IMG/VR virus record: IMGVR_UViG_3300011113_000640 | Span: 256,542-320,541 of that record | Strand: one strand, 5' to 3' | Length of the DNA: 64,000 bases | Shown here: piece after piece, positions 54,218-63,956 of the stretch | How the letters are laid out: each line of letters starts with the position of its first letter | Position numbering within the stretch: the stretch's first letter is position 1 | Notes under the pieces: generated by a model | The model's input: the letters and a program-made list of their open reading frames with translations, nothing else | Told to the model about the DNA's origin: nothing | Database searches by the model: none | Position numbers and translations under genes: made by a program

Positions 54218-56875
54218 TTACCACTCAAATAAAGTTTGGAACGTGTTTTCTGTGTTGGTGGCACTGGCTAAATCCCATCCCAACACACCCAGCAAGTTGT
54301 CAATCTTTTGATCCACCACGGTGGCTTCCATTTCTGTGTCATCAAAGGGAAGTTCCTTGAACCATGCAGGCAAATGTATTTCGTCTGTGGGATAGCCTAT
54401 GCTGGTCCAACCCAGGGGATTTGACTTGAGTTTGCACACGATGGTCTTCATGCCATCAACAATCTGCATGCTGTACTTGTCTGAGTTCATCCTGCGTAAG
54501 TTGTTCCAGTTGATGGCCGCACGCACATGGCCGGGCATGTTAGCCTTGCCCAAGCGTTCTTCTTCCTTGGCATACTTGGTTAGATTGTTCACACGCTTGG
54601 GACTTCCTTTCTCCCAACCTGGACGCTCTTTGAACGCATACTTGAACTCACGTATCTTTTCAATAATCTCGTCGCGTGTCCGGCCTGTGAGCACATCGTT
54701 GAGAATCTCACTGAGGAAGTCCTGGATGACCTTGGGCGTATCTGATCTCTTGAGATCCAAGCCCATGGCCTTGACTCGACCTGGTTCGCCATGCGTGTCC
54801 ACACGCTTGTTCTCTTTGTCATAGTACATGACAGCATAACGTTTCTTGGTAATGAACAAGCCCTTGCTAGCCACAATCTCACGACCGCCACGTATGACTT
54901 CGCCCATGGCTCTGGGCACATGAAATGCCTGTTCCATGAATCCAGGAAAACTTTCATTGACCTGATCTGCGATTGAATTGTATAGTTGTACCGCAATCTC
55001 ACGCGACCAGGTCATATTGCCGGCTTCGATCTCAGGTTTTAACACAGGATATGCCGAAAAGTAGCAGGAGTCTGTGTCACCATAGATGATGGCTTCGCCT
55101 ACATGGTCGTACACACCTGTGATACACTCGTTGACATAAGCATCCATGTGTCGAGCAATGGCACGACCTGTGAGTGTAGTTGATTGACCGATGCGTTTAT
55201 CAAAGAATCTACAACCAGGATTGAGAATAGCACCATACAATGAATTCAAGTTAATCTTTTTGACCAACTGACGCTTGTCCCAGTATTCTTCATCCTCGGG
55301 ATTCTTGCACTCCTTGAGCCGGGCCTGCATTTCTTTGCGTTCAGCATACCAGCGTTTGAGCAGGCCAGGGATCACTGCCTCTCGCTCATAGGTAAAGATA
55401 GTGCCATTGGCTGTGATCATCCAGGGCTGGTTGCTGTCAAAGATCATGCGCCAGACTTCATAGGCACTGTGTACTGATTCTTCGCCATCTTGCCAGTCTA
55501 TGGTGATTTCTGTGCCACGTTGTTGTTCTATCACAGCCGTGTATTCAAGTGACCCAAACAGGCCTTCCCATGCAGCCGCAAAACTGGAGCCTGATCGCAT
55601 CTTGTCGCTGATATAACGTTCGGTCATGATGGGTCGCAGTTGAGCCACAATGGTCTCGGGTCCCATGTTCAAAGCACGAATGGCCGATGGATATAGACTG
55701 TTGATGTCTATGCTTCCTACATACTCGTGTATGCCCTTGCGTGGATAGGCCACATATGCACCTGCGGCCTGTGTGTCTTCGTCACTGTAGCGTTCTTTGC
55801 GATTGGGCACAACAAGCCCACGCTCGTGTGCTTCGTTGATGATGGCCTGTTCAGTCACGGCCACAGCGCCCATGGTGGTCTGTAGCAACACCGTGTTCTC
55901 ATGTGCTAGTGTATTGGCCAAATCCAAGAACTTTAGTTTCTTGTCTAGCTGTGCCAGGCCGTTGACGTCTTGTCGGTTGTACTCGATAAACTTTTTAAAG
56001 TTCTGATTGTATAAAGCATCTAGTGTGCCTTCAAACTTGGTTTTGCCTTCCAAGCCTTCGTATTCAAGAATAGCATCAAGACTGTAACTATGACGCTCTT
56101 CATAGGTGTATTTCCTATACAGTTGCATATAGTCCATGTGTACACGACCAATCAAGTCATAGGTCTGACTCTCATTGCCAAAGCGTTCAAAGGTACGCCC
56201 CTTGGGGTGCTGATTCCACAAACAGAATCTGCGAGTATCATCCTTGCTCAGCACACGGGTCACACGATTTACTGTGTAAGGAATATCATAGCCCTCACTG
56301 TTCCAACCACTCAAGGCGTCGGCATCTTCTATGATGTCCAAGAATGTGTTCAGCATGTCTTCCTCACGCTCAAACAACAAGGTATCTGAAAACTCTGCAC
56401 AGATTTCTTGTGCAGTTTCCCAGGTCATGTGTTTGGGCGGAACTACCAAGGTGATTAGTCTATCAACCCAGCCTAGATATACTGATATGGCTGTGATGGG
56501 ATTGAACGGATCCTCAGGCGGACTGAATCCACGATCCGAGTCAAAGTCTACCTCAATGTCAAAGAACGCTACATTTAGCTTGGGACCGTCTTGGCCTTTG
56601 TAGTTTTCTTCCAGGCAACGGAATATGGGATTGATATCCGACTCGTACAACTGCTTGCCGCTTTGTATGCGGATCTCTTTGCGGAACTCTTTGTTGTTTC
56701 TTGTGCTGAATCTTGACACAGGTGTGCCATAGATGCTGACAAACTTGCCGCGGGGATCATCGTAATAGAATATGTAGTTGGCTGCGTACTCTTGATAGCG
56801 ACGTTCACCGTCTCGGCGTTCAACCACATGTATGCGATCGTGCTCACGATCAAATAGTGCGTCTATGTAACTCAT
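54218..56875 (-). CDS. Family B DNA polymerase (T4 gp43-like)
   Basis: Exo FDIEVD, GWNSEGYD, YNRQD; Pol DINSLYPS, KINLNSLYG, YGDTDS; KKRY. Confidence 0.97.
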   Translation of the reverse strand: MSYIDALFDREHDRIHVVERRDGERRYQEYAANYIFYYDDPRGKFVSIYGTPVSRFSTRNNKEFRKEIRIQSGKQLYESDINPIFRCLEENYKGQDGPKLNVAFFDIEVDFDSDRGFSPPEDPFNPITAISVYLGWVDRLITLVVPPKHMTWETAQEICAEFSDTLLFEREEDMLNTFLDIIEDADALSGWNSEGYDIPYTVNRVTRVLSKDDTRRFCLWNQHPKGRTFERFGNESQTYDLIGRVHMDYMQLYRKYTYEERHSYSLDAILEYEGLEGKTKFEGTLDALYNQNFKKFIEYNRQDVNGLAQLDKKLKFLDLANTLAHENTVLLQTTMGAVAVTEQAIINEAHERGLVVPNRKERYSDEDTQAAGAYVAYPRKGIHEYVGSIDINSLYPSAIRALNMGPETIVAQLRPIMTERYISDKMRSGSSFAAAWEGLFGSLEYTAVIEQQRGTEITIDWQDGEESVHSAYEVWRMIFDSNQPWMITANGTIFTYEREAVIPGLLKRWYAERKEMQARLKECKNPEDEEYWDKRQLVKKINLNSLYGAILNPGCRFFDKRIGQSTTLTGRAIARHMDAYVNECITGVYDHVGEAIIYGDTDSCYFSAYPVLKPEIEAGNMTWSREIAVQLYNSIADQVNESFPGFMEQAFHVPRAMGEVIRGGREIVASKGLFITKKRYAVMYYDKENKRVDTHGEPGRVKAMGLDLKRSDTPKVIQDFLSEILNDVLTGRTRDEIIEKIREFKYAFKERPGWEKGSPKRVNNLTKYAKEEERLGKANMPGHVRAAINWNNLRRMNSDKYSMQIVDGMKTIVCKLKSNPLGWTSIGYPTDEIHLPAWFKELPFDDTEMEATVVDQKIDNLLGVLGWDLASATNTENTFQTLFEW

Positions 56876-56943
56876 TTTTCTCCTGGCGACTTACGGCTCG
56901 CTCATACCATTCTACATGCCCGTAATGTGGGCGACCCATATCT

Positions 56944-57891
56944 TTATTTAGACTCTTGAATCTGATATCTATCAAAAAGTTTTTTAACTCTAGAAAAATC
57001 TTGATTATAAATCTGTTGAAACTCTTGCGTGGAAATCAACCAAGGCCTGCCATGAACTTGTGCTATTGTAGCACGAACTTGGCTGTCTTGCAATGATAAT
57101 CTGATATCATTCGATATTTTTTGAACAAGTTGAGGATTGGTGTTTGAGTGTACGTAGGTCGCTAACCATGCTCGTTGAGTATCTATTCCAAATCCTAAAA
57201 CTTCTCTGATTGTTGGAACATCAGGGAACGCTGGGTCTCTGCTGTTAGTGGCTACAGCAATAAAGCTGATGCGCTGACCTTTTTCATATGATTCGCTTGA
57301 TCCGAATGAAGTACATGAAAAAGATAACTCATGATTTGAAATATCTGTAAACCAAGGTCCAAACTCTCTATAAGGAACGTGTGCCGCATTAATACCTAGA
57401 TTACTAGCTATTTCAGCACCGCATAGATGTCCCCATGAACCTACTCCCCATGAACCAAACTGAGATTTAGACTTCAGTGCATCAACCAAAGCAGTTTTTG
57501 TGTTTTTATTTCTTGGCCCTACTATGACTACTGATGTAGTATAAACACCAGTGACTGGGCTTATTTTATCTAATAGATCAAGTCTGCGATGAAACATGGG
57601 ACCATGTATGAACTGAGACCAATCTGCAAAATATATTGTATGGCCATCGGCCGGTTCCTTGACAAAGTAGTCTAGACCAACTATTCCGCTGGCACCTGGA
57701 CGATTTTCTACCACCACTGGCACGTTCCACTGTTTATTCAGTTGGATAGCTATTCTGCGTATCACGGTATCCGGAGCAGATCCCACTGGAAGGCCAATGA
57801 CTATTTTTACAGGTTTGGTTGGATACTCTGTTGCCCAACTGGGTGCTATTAAAGAAACAAGCAGTATAAACGCAACAAAGAAGATTCTCAT
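56944..57891 (-). CDS. Second Bug/TctC family solute-binding protein
   Basis: Signal peptide, YPTKPVKIVIG, VVVENRPGASG, HVPYR, FPDVPT. Confidence 0.88.
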   Translation of the reverse strand: MRIFFVAFILLVSLIAPSWATEYPTKPVKIVIGLPVGSAPDTVIRRIAIQLNKQWNVPVVVENRPGASGIVGLDYFVKEPADGHTIYFADWSQFIHGPMFHRRLDLLDKISPVTGVYTTSVVIVGPRNKNTKTALVDALKSKSQFGSWGVGSWGHLCGAEIASNLGINAAHVPYREFGPWFTDISNHELSFSCTSFGSSESYEKGQRISFIAVATNSRDPAFPDVPTIREVLGFGIDTQRAWLATYVHSNTNPQLVQKISNDIRLSLQDSQVRATIAQVHGRPWLISTQEFQQIYNQDFSRVKKLFDRYQIQESK

Positions 57892-59330
57892 GCCAACATG
57901 CTCCGTGACACCTTGCCACTGTCTGTTCTTGGCAAGCTCTCTACTATGTTGACTACTTGTGCGCATTCAACTTTTTCTAACTTTGTACGCATAAACTTTC
58001 TAATGCTTTCTTCTAGTGTCATTTTGTCAATATCTGCAGGAACAGGAACAACAAATGCTTTCAGTTGGTCAATGCCCTGTTTGTTGGGGCCAATTCCAAC
58101 TGCGGCCTGTTCTACACCTGGATGGGACAGTAAAACTGTTTCGATGTTACTGAGATTTACATATTGTCCTGATATTTTTACAATGTCGCTGTTGCCTCGC
58201 CCTTGGAAATAATATTTTCCATCTCTGTAAACAATAAGATCTCCAGTTTGTGTCCACCCATCAATAATTCGTTTGTCAAAGTAATCATTGTTCCAATATC
58301 CCAAACATCTGGTGGAACTTTTGAGTTGTAGATACCCAACCGTACCCGGATCAACTACAATATTATTTTCATCAACTATTCGAATTTCACACTCATCCAT
58401 GACCGTGCCAAGATCTTCGCCGACGCCTTCATAGTTTACAAAACATTGTAATCCGTGTTCTCCAAGTCCGTAAACACAATGAAGTTTTTGTCCACTGGCC
58501 ATACGCCAATCATTGATGACTTTTTGATACAACCGGTCGCCGCCGACAATACAATGCATGTCGTCTATATCAAAGGTGTAGCGACTGGCCAGCTGTGCGT
58601 AGATGGCCGATACCGCAAGAAAAATATTTGGTTTGAATGTGTCAATATTTTTCTTAATCTTGAACGGCAGTGCAAGATCGTTGTCCAACAACATGTGACT
58701 TCCACACCATAATGAATACAACAAACTACTGATACCAAATGGACTGGTTAGTTTTGCTACACTATAGATTTTTGATCCAACTTGGTAGCCATGACAATGG
58801 CCTGTGATACGAGCAATGTTTCTTGCGCTGCGATGACAATGAGTGATACCTTTAGATTTTCCAGTGGTTCCCGAAGACCATACAATGTAGCAAGGATCTT
58901 CAGAGTGCATGTCAATGTGAGTGGAATGTGTGGCAAAGTTTGATGTCAACTGCTCGACTGTATAAACCAAACTATTTGTCAACGACGAAAAAGACTCAAC
59001 ATATTGTTCTTCTGTGATTACCAGACGAGCTGTTATTTCATTCAACATGTATTGAACATTGTGTATTTTTGCTCTTGGGTTGGTCATAACTGCTATACCA
59101 CCTGCTAAAATCACAGACAAGAATGTTACCACTGTATTGATTGAATCTAGCATGGCAATCTGTACACAATCTCCTTTTTTGAGACCATGCTTTTGCAATG
59201 CTTGGCTGAGAGAATAGACCTGCTGTTCAAGTTGATCGTAAGAAATCTCAGATCCTTGGGCTTCTGTGATAGCGATCAGATCTTTGTTTTTGTGATTTCT
59301 TTGGAATATTTCAACAGTTAAGTTATACAT
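57888..59330 (-). CDS. ANL-family AMP-forming acyl-CoA ligase (benzoate-CoA-ligase-like)
   Basis: SSGTTGKSKG, YGLGE, WTQTGD, VKISG, LPRTDSGK. Confidence 0.9.
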   Translation of the reverse strand: MYNLTVEIFQRNHKNKDLIAITEAQGSEISYDQLEQQVYSLSQALQKHGLKKGDCVQIAMLDSINTVVTFLSVILAGGIAVMTNPRAKIHNVQYMLNEITARLVITEEQYVESFSSLTNSLVYTVEQLTSNFATHSTHIDMHSEDPCYIVWSSGTTGKSKGITHCHRSARNIARITGHCHGYQVGSKIYSVAKLTSPFGISSLLYSLWCGSHMLLDNDLALPFKIKKNIDTFKPNIFLAVSAIYAQLASRYTFDIDDMHCIVGGDRLYQKVINDWRMASGQKLHCVYGLGEHGLQCFVNYEGVGEDLGTVMDECEIRIVDENNIVVDPGTVGYLQLKSSTRCLGYWNNDYFDKRIIDGWTQTGDLIVYRDGKYYFQGRGNSDIVKISGQYVNLSNIETVLLSHPGVEQAAVGIGPNKQGIDQLKAFVVPVPADIDKMTLEESIRKFMRTKLEKVECAQVVNIVESLPRTDSGKVSRSMLA

Positions 59331-59337
59331 ATCACTG

Positions 59338-59976
59338 TCACAATGTCCTATGTTCTAAACTACCGGCCGATAAAGATTTTCTGTCATGGTAGTATGTGCC
59401 GGAATTATTTATAGACTTGGTCACTGTTGATCCTATTAAAATATTACAATAATCTGCAATTTGCAAAGTCTGGTTCACTTTTCCTACTATCCTACTTGAT
59501 ACTCCAACCACAGTCCCTTGCCCTAGTTCACAGTTGCTTAAAAAGCAATAAGCACTGACATGACAAAAGTCATTGATTTTGACATGATGACCCAACATGA
59601 TAAAACTAGAAATCAAGCAATGATCTCCTATTTTCACATCATCGTTGGGTAGACTCTGATTGTAACAGTCGACATAGCAACCTCTACCAATTTCTGTTGT
59701 TGGGGAGATACGATTCTGTTCATGAACCAAACTGAAAAAGACACCGCCCTGAGCGTTGATCTTGTCAACGATTTTTTGTTTTAATGCTACGTCTGAAGTT
59801 ATAGCAATGAACTGTTGGTTTTCAAACCATTGTTGAGATTGTTGATCTAGATCCTCTAAGGATATCAGCATTGAACCTAAGAACTCCTTTTGGATCAATC
59901 GAGACATGTTGCCAAGTCCAACAAAACATAGTTGCCGACCTTGGTCGTGTAATATCCTGAATCCAGATTGGTGCAT
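59338..59976 (-). CDS. Hexapeptide-repeat acyltransferase (NeuD/PglD-like)
   Basis: Left-handed beta-helix repeats IGRGC, IGDHC, LGQGT, ILIGS. Confidence 0.8.
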   Translation of the reverse strand: MHQSGFRILHDQGRQLCFVGLGNMSRLIQKEFLGSMLISLEDLDQQSQQWFENQQFIAITSDVALKQKIVDKINAQGGVFFSLVHEQNRISPTTEIGRGCYVDCYNQSLPNDDVKIGDHCLISSFIMLGHHVKINDFCHVSAYCFLSNCELGQGTVVGVSSRIVGKVNQTLQIADYCNILIGSTVTKSINNSGTYYHDRKSLSAGSLEHRTL

Positions 59977-59979
59977 AGA

Positions 59980-60240
59980 TTATAGAGTTTTCCCCACAGT
60001 GGTCAAGATTTGTTCCAGCAATTCGTGATCCTGTTGCTCTCTACCAAATTCACTCTTGTGTGCTAAACGAATGGCCTTCTTGAGAACATTGGGTTTGATT
60101 TCAAGTTCTTCGGCAATGGCCTTGACTGTGTCATTGAGGCCACCTGTGAGTGTTTCAATCTCATGCATGACCTGCATGCCTTCGTTGATGACTTGGTTTA
60201 GTTTCCGGGTTTGTTCTGTGTTGAAGTTTTTGTTTGCCAT
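59980..60240 (-). CDS. T4 DsbA/GapR-like double-stranded DNA-binding protein
   Basis: 86 aa, LNDTVKAIAEELEIKPNVLKKAIRLAHK pattern; AAGGAG RBS. Confidence 0.7.
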   Translation of the reverse strand: MANKNFNTEQTRKLNQVINEGMQVMHEIETLTGGLNDTVKAIAEELEIKPNVLKKAIRLAHKSEFGREQQDHELLEQILTTVGKTL

Positions 60241-60264
60241 TTAAATCTCCTTTGGTAAAATACT

Positions 60265-60293
60265 ATTGTAACAAAAAAAATATGGGTTGTCAA
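60265..60293 (-). promoter_or_regulatory. Sigma70 promoter for the dsbA-like operon
   Basis: TTGACA-17 bp-TACAAT. Confidence 0.85.
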
Positions 60294-60305
60294 TATTAGT
60301 TGATT

Positions 60306-61136
60306 TTATTTGAAAACCACAGTTTTGGTATGATCCACAAAACTATCTAAATCTTTGGCGCTGGGACACTGCCTGCAAACAGCGTGTGGCACTCCAAAAT
60401 TTTTAACAAATTTTTCCAGATCACGGTCGTCACAATCGGGATCAAGTCCGTCGACTAGATAAGGTTGCCATTGATCCCAGTTGGGTCGACGGAATTGATC
60501 CAGCAGTTCTGGTGTCAATCCCAATGTGCCACACTTGTATAATTTGCCATTGTACAACAACGGGCAACGTTGTTGAATACAAACTTCAAACGCTTCGTGA
60601 GGAAGATTGTTGTGCGGCGCCATGTTGGCGTAATCATTGCGAAAGGTTTTTAAGAATGTTTTGGGTTGTGCAATTTGAAATCGAAACTGATTTGTGGTCG
60701 CCCAGCGGTCGATGCCGAATTCATGCACCGGTTGCCAATCATAGCTGTTGCGCACACGCTGCATGACATTGGCCAGTTCCGGAGTCGGTGTGTGCTGGCT
60801 TATTTTAAGCACTGAATTGCCCAGTTGATGCAAAAGTTCTACAACATCCCAGTGTCGATGTAACAACGTGCCATTGGTCACAAATCTAATTTGGGTTTCT
60901 GGGAGCAAGGATCGCAATCCTGTCAGCCATTCACGTATTTCAGGATTGATCAAAGGTTCTCCGCCCATGACACCTATGCCTTCCAGGGTAATTCTCGTGA
61001 TCCAGGGTTCCAACCAGTTGCGTCCTTGTGACCAAGTAATGTATCCATTGTGCTTTAGATCGCTGAAGGTGGTACATCCCTCGCAACTTAGATTGCAGGC
61101 TCTGATGGTCATGACTTCTAAAAATTCCAGATTCAT
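60306..61136 (-). CDS. Radical SAM protein
   Basis: CNLSCEGC, MGGEPL, VTNG, C-terminal cysteines. Confidence 0.88.
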   Translation of the reverse strand: MNLEFLEVMTIRACNLSCEGCTTFSDLKHNGYITWSQGRNWLEPWITRITLEGIGVMGGEPLINPEIREWLTGLRSLLPETQIRFVTNGTLLHRHWDVVELLHQLGNSVLKISQHTPTPELANVMQRVRNSYDWQPVHEFGIDRWATTNQFRFQIAQPKTFLKTFRNDYANMAPHNNLPHEAFEVCIQQRCPLLYNGKLYKCGTLGLTPELLDQFRRPNWDQWQPYLVDGLDPDCDDRDLEKFVKNFGVPHAVCRQCPSAKDLDSFVDHTKTVVFK

Positions 61137-62209
61137 AGTTTGCTCAAGATAGTATCAATTGCTTTTAAATTTACATCTTCAGCTTGATGCCAAAATGAGC
61201 CAGACATGATATGTTCTTTGTTGTGCAAACAACTGTCGCGAGTTTGTTCGTATAATTCTTGTGCGGTATGATCTTTCAAATTTTTTATGACAGTCAGCAT
61301 GCCGGACATGCGATGCAAATCACCCGGTGCTTGATCATAGGTCAAATCAATACCATAATCAAATTTGAATCCCAATGAAGTCAGTGTGCTATAAGTATTA
61401 AATTGTCCGTTGTTTATAAAAGCAGTTTCACTCAACAAGCATTTCAAAGTTTTTTCTGTGACAAAAGGTCCTGGGTAGAACTTTTTTTGGTTATTGACAG
61501 TGGTAAGACTGTAATGAAAACTTTCATTGTTGATGTTTATGGCAGAATTTACATAGGCCGGATGATGAAAATCGTACACTTGCATGACATCTAGATTAGA
61601 AAATTTATCGAAGATAATATTTTTTTTGTGTAAATTTTCCAAAAAATATTGTGTGTGTTGATCTATAACCAAGTTACCAGTGGATTGCCAGCTGTGTATA
61701 TTTTTTTCTTCAATGTTGTCATGCAATGATATCAAACAATTTTCAAGGTCGTGGTGTTGGGCCAAGGCACTCAATGCAATTATTTTGCTTTGGGTGCCGC
61801 GATGACACAATGCACTGATTTTGTATCTTATGTTTTTGTTGACCTGAGCACCAAATTGCTGATTCATGACATCTAGTTGATAGTGCCATTCAATGGCAGG
61901 CACAAAATACACGTTTGGCAAATTATCAAACCTGCCATAATCTTTGTACAAGCAACAAAAAAATATAGGGGCCTGGACCAATTGGGCCTGTCGTTCAATC
62001 CACTCTACGTTTGGGCCTTCGGTTTTGATCACATAACCAGAATAACCAGGTGGTAAGTTTTTGTCTTGATTGTACCAATCCACGCTGGCCCAAAAAATCC
62101 CGCGACCAATCAAAGGTCTGAGAAAATCCCAGCCATAGAAATTGGTGGTGTCAGAGATTTCTTCCCAGATTCTGGGTAGGAAAAAATTTGGTTGAGAAGT
62201 TTTGCTCAC
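61133..62209 (-). CDS. Putative glycosyltransferase with GT10-like C-terminal motif (GTG start)
   Basis: ININNES...FVTEKTLKCL. Confidence 0.45.
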   Translation of the reverse strand: MSKTSQPNFFLPRIWEEISDTTNFYGWDFLRPLIGRGIFWASVDWYNQDKNLPPGYSGYVIKTEGPNVEWIERQAQLVQAPIFFCCLYKDYGRFDNLPNVYFVPAIEWHYQLDVMNQQFGAQVNKNIRYKISALCHRGTQSKIIALSALAQHHDLENCLISLHDNIEEKNIHSWQSTGNLVIDQHTQYFLENLHKKNIIFDKFSNLDVMQVYDFHHPAYVNSAININNESFHYSLTTVNNQKKFYPGPFVTEKTLKCLLSETAFINNGQFNTYSTLTSLGFKFDYGIDLTYDQAPGDLHRMSGMLTVIKNLKDHTAQELYEQTRDSCLHNKEHIMSGSFWHQAEDVNLKAIDTILSKL

Positions 62210-62290
62210 TTTGGCCTTGATAGGTAGCGAATCTATTTATAGCCCGGCAGCAGCCGCCGACACATAACCCTAAGGGTCCTAAGGTGTGTT

Positions 62291-62881
62291 CTATTTGCGT
62301 CCGATTACCATGTAACGAGTGTATTCAGTTTCAGGATCACGCAGTTGCATGCGTCCGTGATACAAGACTTCGCTCAAGGGAAAACGGTCTACGATATCTT
62401 GTGTGCTCGAAAAACTGCGATTGGGATCATGATCACGACCTTGCATGACCACAAGTGTACCCGCAGGTATGTTCAAAAACCAACTACGTCCCTGCATGTC
62501 GGTCAGGCTGGTATTGATCACAACTCCTGATTCGCCCAGTTGACGATAGTCTAATTTGTTAGAATCTGCCAGCATGTATTCCACATTGTCGGCACTGGCT
62601 AAGTCCAATAACTTACGGCTGGTCGTCAAAAACTCCTTGTTCTTTTCTACCAAGATGATTTTGTCTGCTGTGATTCCGGGTTGTAACTTCATGTACAAGG
62701 CCAAGTTGCCATACCAGGAACCCAGGATGTAGACTGCGCTGAAATCTCTTTGTATGCGTTCTAGTTCGCTCAACAACCAGACCTTGCTGGCTGTGAGGTC
62801 GCGGGTGAAACTGCCAGCTAGGCTGTAGCCACTGCTCTCGTCCAAGTTAGACTGGTGCGTATGGAAGTCTTGGAGTATCAC
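62291..62881 (-). CDS. Class I SAM-dependent methyltransferase-like protein
   Basis: YILGSWYG, VINTS, VVMQG. Confidence 0.65.
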   Translation of the reverse strand: MILQDFHTHQSNLDESSGYSLAGSFTRDLTASKVWLLSELERIQRDFSAVYILGSWYGNLALYMKLQPGITADKIILVEKNKEFLTTSRKLLDLASADNVEYMLADSNKLDYRQLGESGVVINTSLTDMQGRSWFLNIPAGTLVVMQGRDHDPNRSFSSTQDIVDRFPLSEVLYHGRMQLRDPETEYTRYMVIGRK

Positions 62882-62918
62882 TGTTGTGGTCCTCGGGATA
62901 TACTGGATAAGGGTTCAT
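62847..62918 (-). CDS. Putative 23-aa Pro-rich peptide overlapping the methyltransferase start
   Basis: MNPYPVYPEDHNSDTPRLPYAPV; ATGA-coupled to the deaminase stop. Confidence 0.4.
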   Translation of the reverse strand: MNPYPVYPEDHNSDTPRLPYAPV

Positions 62919-63553
62919 TTGCCATCCACGTGCAGTTGGCTGCCTTTGTTGAAACTGGGACTAAATGGACTGTTGGCAACCTGTCCACCCTTGCTTTGAC
63001 TCCAGGCATAGCCTGCTCTGTGACCGCTACAGTCTTTGGTACACGGACTGCCCAAGAAGTTGAGTTCATCCAGTTTGGCCTTGAGCCAGGTGTCAGCAAA
63101 GACCTTGCATAACTCTTGGATCTTTTTGTTTCGAGTAATCTGCAAGTGATATGTCTTGCCCTGTGCATCAGTCTGTTGGCTGGGATCTCTGTAGCCGGCA
63201 TAGACCTTGTGGACATCGCTGTTGGTAATCAAATCTTCACAACTTGATCCAACACGATCAGGCATGGGTTGGGTGCATGGACTACAGGTTGTGACGATGA
63301 TGCTGCCGGTGGGTATGCGACCATACTTGTTTTCGTAACGGTCCATGGCAACTCGTTCGGCATGCACACTCTTGCCGTCTTGTTTGTAGTTCAACGCACC
63401 AACCAATCGGTTGTCAGGATCCAACACAGCCGCGGCAACCATGCCATAGTGATCAGGTCGCTGTTGTTGTCCTTGTATGACCATGTCACACAGCTTGACT
63501 AGGATGCGGTCTAACTTGTCATGATTGGTGATACGAAAATCACTGATCTTCAT
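62915..63553 (-). CDS. Cytidine/deoxycytidylate deaminase-fold protein with extra C-terminal Cys/His domain
   Basis: VHAE and SPC...C zinc motifs; tail PCTKDCSGH; start MKISDF. Confidence 0.75.
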   Translation of the reverse strand: MKISDFRITNHDKLDRILVKLCDMVIQGQQQRPDHYGMVAAAVLDPDNRLVGALNYKQDGKSVHAERVAMDRYENKYGRIPTGSIIVTTCSPCTQPMPDRVGSSCEDLITNSDVHKVYAGYRDPSQQTDAQGKTYHLQITRNKKIQELCKVFADTWLKAKLDELNFLGSPCTKDCSGHRAGYAWSQSKGGQVANSPFSPSFNKGSQLHVDGK

Positions 63554-63956
63554 CTGTGATCGGGCCTCCTTCAACCCAGGCATCACAGGTACGCTTGGCT
63601 GCGCACTTAAATTTGAGAAACTTGCAGTAACCCAAGGTGCCTGCATCTATAGTGCTCATGGGATCGCTGCCAGGTTCTGTGCCAATGCCTCGGGCAATGC
63701 AGTCTTGCATTTTTGATGTTTCATCAAAGGCCGCACAGTTGCCACACCTAGCAGATTTGGCATCTTCGGGATTGCTCATGTTCCACTCGTCTGCCTTGGC
63801 CTGCCAAAATTCTTCGTTGGGTGCATTGGGATCCAAGGGGCCGTAGCCGTATTCATCTATGGCCTTTTGGCGGTTCTTTAAATTTAGGTCAATGCTCTGC
63901 GTGGCTGGCGGGCAACCTGACTCTATGGCTTCTACTAGGTTGATTAGATTTCTCAT
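63540..63956 (-). CDS. Cys-rich hypothetical protein
   Basis: CGNCAAF, GYC, KRTC. Confidence 0.75.
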   Translation of the reverse strand: MRNLINLVEAIESGCPPATQSIDLNLKNRQKAIDEYGYGPLDPNAPNEEFWQAKADEWNMSNPEDAKSARCGNCAAFDETSKMQDCIARGIGTEPGSDPMSTIDAGTLGYCKFLKFKCAAKRTCDAWVEGGPITDEDQ

